From: an uncultured Nitrososphaerota archaeon
Lineage (GTDB): Archaea > Thermoproteota > Nitrososphaeria > Nitrososphaerales > CADDZS01
Length of the DNA stretch: 64,000 nucleotides
Reading direction: 5' to 3'
Assembly: GCA_963799845.1 (NCBI GenBank)
Contig: CAWCYI010000006.1
Span: 384,001 to 448,000, forward strand
The stretch's first letter is position 1, and the number at the start of each line of letters is the position of its first letter. The position numbers and the translations under genes are program-made. Positions 62,105-64,000 of this stretch are shown one piece after another. Below the pieces are notes generated by a model. The model searched no databases, was not told the DNA's origin, and worked only from the letters and a program-made list of their open reading frames with translations.

Positions 62105-62643
62105 CCCCGATCGAGAGTTGAAAATGGATTTCGGAAATTGCTCCCGAGGTATAGGGCAGGCTTGTAGTCTTCAAACTTCCAGTTTTCGTCAAAATCGAGA
62201 GAGGCCATTGCCCCTATTAGTCGCCCGATGAAAAGAGCATGGTCCCCGGTTTCAAACTCGGACTCCTTCTTGCAGATGACATAAGCGACAGATACATTCA
62301 GGACAGGAGATCCGAAGACGAGAAGATACGGGATATCGAGAGCCTTGAGTTTATCTTGGGACTTGTTTTCAGAAGACAATTGAGCCACGATTTTTCTGTT
62401 GCGCAAGTTTAACCAGTTAATCGAGAAATTCTTTGCCTTCTTCAATACCCCGTTGGTTTTCGAACCTTTGCGAACGGAAACCGCAATCATGGCCGGTTCG
62501 TCCGAAACTGACATGCAGCTGTTCGCGGGCATCGCAGCAACGAGCGAACGATACTTTGCGGAAAGGATTACAGGAACCTGAGGATAAAATAGACGGTATG
62601 CAAGATTCGGCTTTACTGCAAGCCTCGGAATAATTCGGTTCAA
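62092..62643 (-). CDS. Flavin reductase family protein
   Basis: VSDEP.MIAVSV and TGDHALFIG motifs. Confidence 0.85.
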   Translation of the reverse strand: MNRIIPRLAVKPNLAYRLFYPQVPVILSAKYRSLVAAMPANSCMSVSDEPAMIAVSVRKGSKTNGVLKKAKNFSINWLNLRNRKIVAQLSSENKSQDKLKALDIPYLLVFGSPVLNVSVAYVICKKESEFETGDHALFIGRLIGAMASLDFDENWKFEDYKPALYLGSNFRNPFSTLDRGHSA

Positions 62644-63653
62644 TACATTGTCTTGTTCGGGGCTGCCTCAATAAGCATGCTCCCCGCTTTAGCAACCGCC
62701 GAGATGTCTTCCGAGTTCATGCTAATCGGTTGAAGGATTGGTAGATTAAGCCCCACCTTTGTGTACTCCAAAATCCTGTCGCATACTTGTTCAGCCGTGC
62801 CTGAGAGAGTAAATGACTCGAGCATTTCGTCCTTTATAGATTCAGAGGCTGCTGAGAGGTTTCCCCTGAAGTAATTCTCAGCTATCGGCTTCTTGAGTGC
62901 CGGATCAATGCCCGTGCCCTCGTAGAGGTAGTCATCCTGAACCGAAAGCATGTAAGCGACGAACGGATCTTTCCTTGCCCTCGAGAGCGCGTCTTCTTTA
63001 GAATGAGAGACTAACGCTAAGAGATAAGCGGCAACGTCGATCTCATTCATTGATCTCGGTGGCGCAGAAGACGAGATGGTAGAAACAATCTGCCCCAGAG
63101 ACTTTGAGGATTCGCCTCCCTTAGCGAGATAGCCGTCGGCATATCTCGCCGTCAGCTTAAGCATCTGGGTTTTCCAGCCAGCGACGTATATCGGCAGGTT
63201 TCTGTTCATTCGACCCAGCAATGATTTCACATTTTTCAGGTTGAACACCTTGCCGGAGTAGTTGAGAGTGCCTCCACTCCAGATTCCGCGGCAGATTTCC
63301 ATCGTCTCTTTCAGTACTGCGATGGGAAGTTTGTGATCAATCCCCATTAGATCGAGCCGTGCGGGAAATCCAGTACCGATCCCGAGACGGACCCTTCCAG
63401 AACTGGTTTCCTGAAGCGTGGCCGCCGTCATAGCAAGCGAAACTGGGTTTCGGACGAACGGGCTCAAGCACCCAAAGCCAAGTTTTAGTCTACTCGTGGA
63501 TAAAGCAGCCGCACTCAGGTAGGAAACCGCATCGCGACCGAAGGAGTGTTCGTGCATCCACATGCCTTCGTAACCAAGAGATTCTACGATCTGTGCTTGT
63601 TTCAAAAGGACCGCCACGGGAAGATCGGCATTAAATCCAACAGCTAGTCTCAA
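62640..63653 (-). CDS. LLM-class (Mer-like) flavin/F420-dependent oxidoreductase
   Basis: WMHEH, RNPVSLA..ATL..SSGR.RLGIG and PIYVA motifs. Confidence 0.88.
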   Translation of the reverse strand: MRLAVGFNADLPVAVLLKQAQIVESLGYEGMWMHEHSFGRDAVSYLSAAALSTSRLKLGFGCLSPFVRNPVSLAMTAATLQETSSGRVRLGIGTGFPARLDLMGIDHKLPIAVLKETMEICRGIWSGGTLNYSGKVFNLKNVKSLLGRMNRNLPIYVAGWKTQMLKLTARYADGYLAKGGESSKSLGQIVSTISSSAPPRSMNEIDVAAYLLALVSHSKEDALSRARKDPFVAYMLSVQDDYLYEGTGIDPALKKPIAENYFRGNLSAASESIKDEMLESFTLSGTAEQVCDRILEYTKVGLNLPILQPISMNSEDISAVAKAGSMLIEAAPNKTMY

Positions 63654-63761
63654 AGCGAAATTACCACTGGCTAATGGTAATTTAAGGATTCAATTACTTC
63701 TATCCATTTTGTCAAATGCATTTTACCCTAGCCTAGAATTTGCTCCGGTTCAATGTTGTGA

Positions 63762-64000
63762 ATGGTACGAGATTTGGCACTAGACATGGTTCTCTTCCTC
63801 GCGGGTTCCGCGCTCGCAGTCGCCGCCATAGGAATCATCGTCTACAGAGGGATTCCCGACCGTAGTGTTTTGAGAGCCGAATCAGTGCAGAAGGTGCTCG
63901 ATCCGCCGGTAGCGAAGATCGAACAAGAACCCGAACCCCAGCCTATCTCAGAGGCACCACCACCGTTTTCCGATGACGGTAGTTTTTCAGGTTCGAAGAA
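63762..64000 (+). CDS. Membrane-anchored Pro/Glu-rich protein, 3'-truncated by window edge
   Basis: MVRDLALDMVLFLAGSALAVAAIGIIVYRG...EPEPQP, open to the end of the window. Confidence 0.55.
   Translation, partial: MVRDLALDMVLFLAGSALAVAAIGIIVYRGIPDRSVLRAESVQKVLDPPVAKIEQEPEPQPISEAPPPFSDDGSFSGSK

Noticed and set aside
1-64000. CRISPR array or rRNA gene
   Set aside because: No regularly spaced repeats or rRNA signatures were seen on reading

Overview
Archaeal chromosomal window, most consistent with a non-ammonia-oxidising Nitrososphaerota/TACK-type organism. This is an inference from lysW-argX, tgtA next to SmAP3, eL38, P1, BHB-intron tRNAs, Lrp/AsnC expansion and many TTG starts. All product calls come from reading motifs by eye; no database search was run. 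Core blocks: nucleotide-sugar genes (1-2.9 kb); arginine cluster (ACT protein-argF divergent from argG-argH-lysW-argX); two orphan xanthine-dehydrogenase-family Mo subunits with moaA/mocA; an RNA/protein-quality block (DHH, eL38, beta-CASP nuclease, PAC2, tgtA, SmAP3, P1); an acyl-CoA catabolic block; lipA; an LLM oxidoreductase with flavin reductase. There are two tRNAs: tRNA-Arg(CCU) with three introns and tRNA-Pro(CGG) with one. An accessory region lies beside each tRNA 3' end: about 3.7-6.6 kb (PKD-inserted phosphoesterase, GC-rich structured element) and about 39.9-53.9 kb (solo PIN, class III cyclase-TPR, OtsA-motif glycosyltransferase, Lrp modules, B-box-like microprotein, Hsp20, orphan DNA methyltransferase, gene remnants, ~100 bp dispersed repeat). 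About nine small indels break otherwise intact genes and are probably assembly errors. I found no CRISPR array, integrase or transposase, and no single clearly new multi-gene system. The strongest oddities are the triple-intron tRNA, the B-box-like microprotein, the dispersed repeat pair, the cyclase-TPR protein and eL38.
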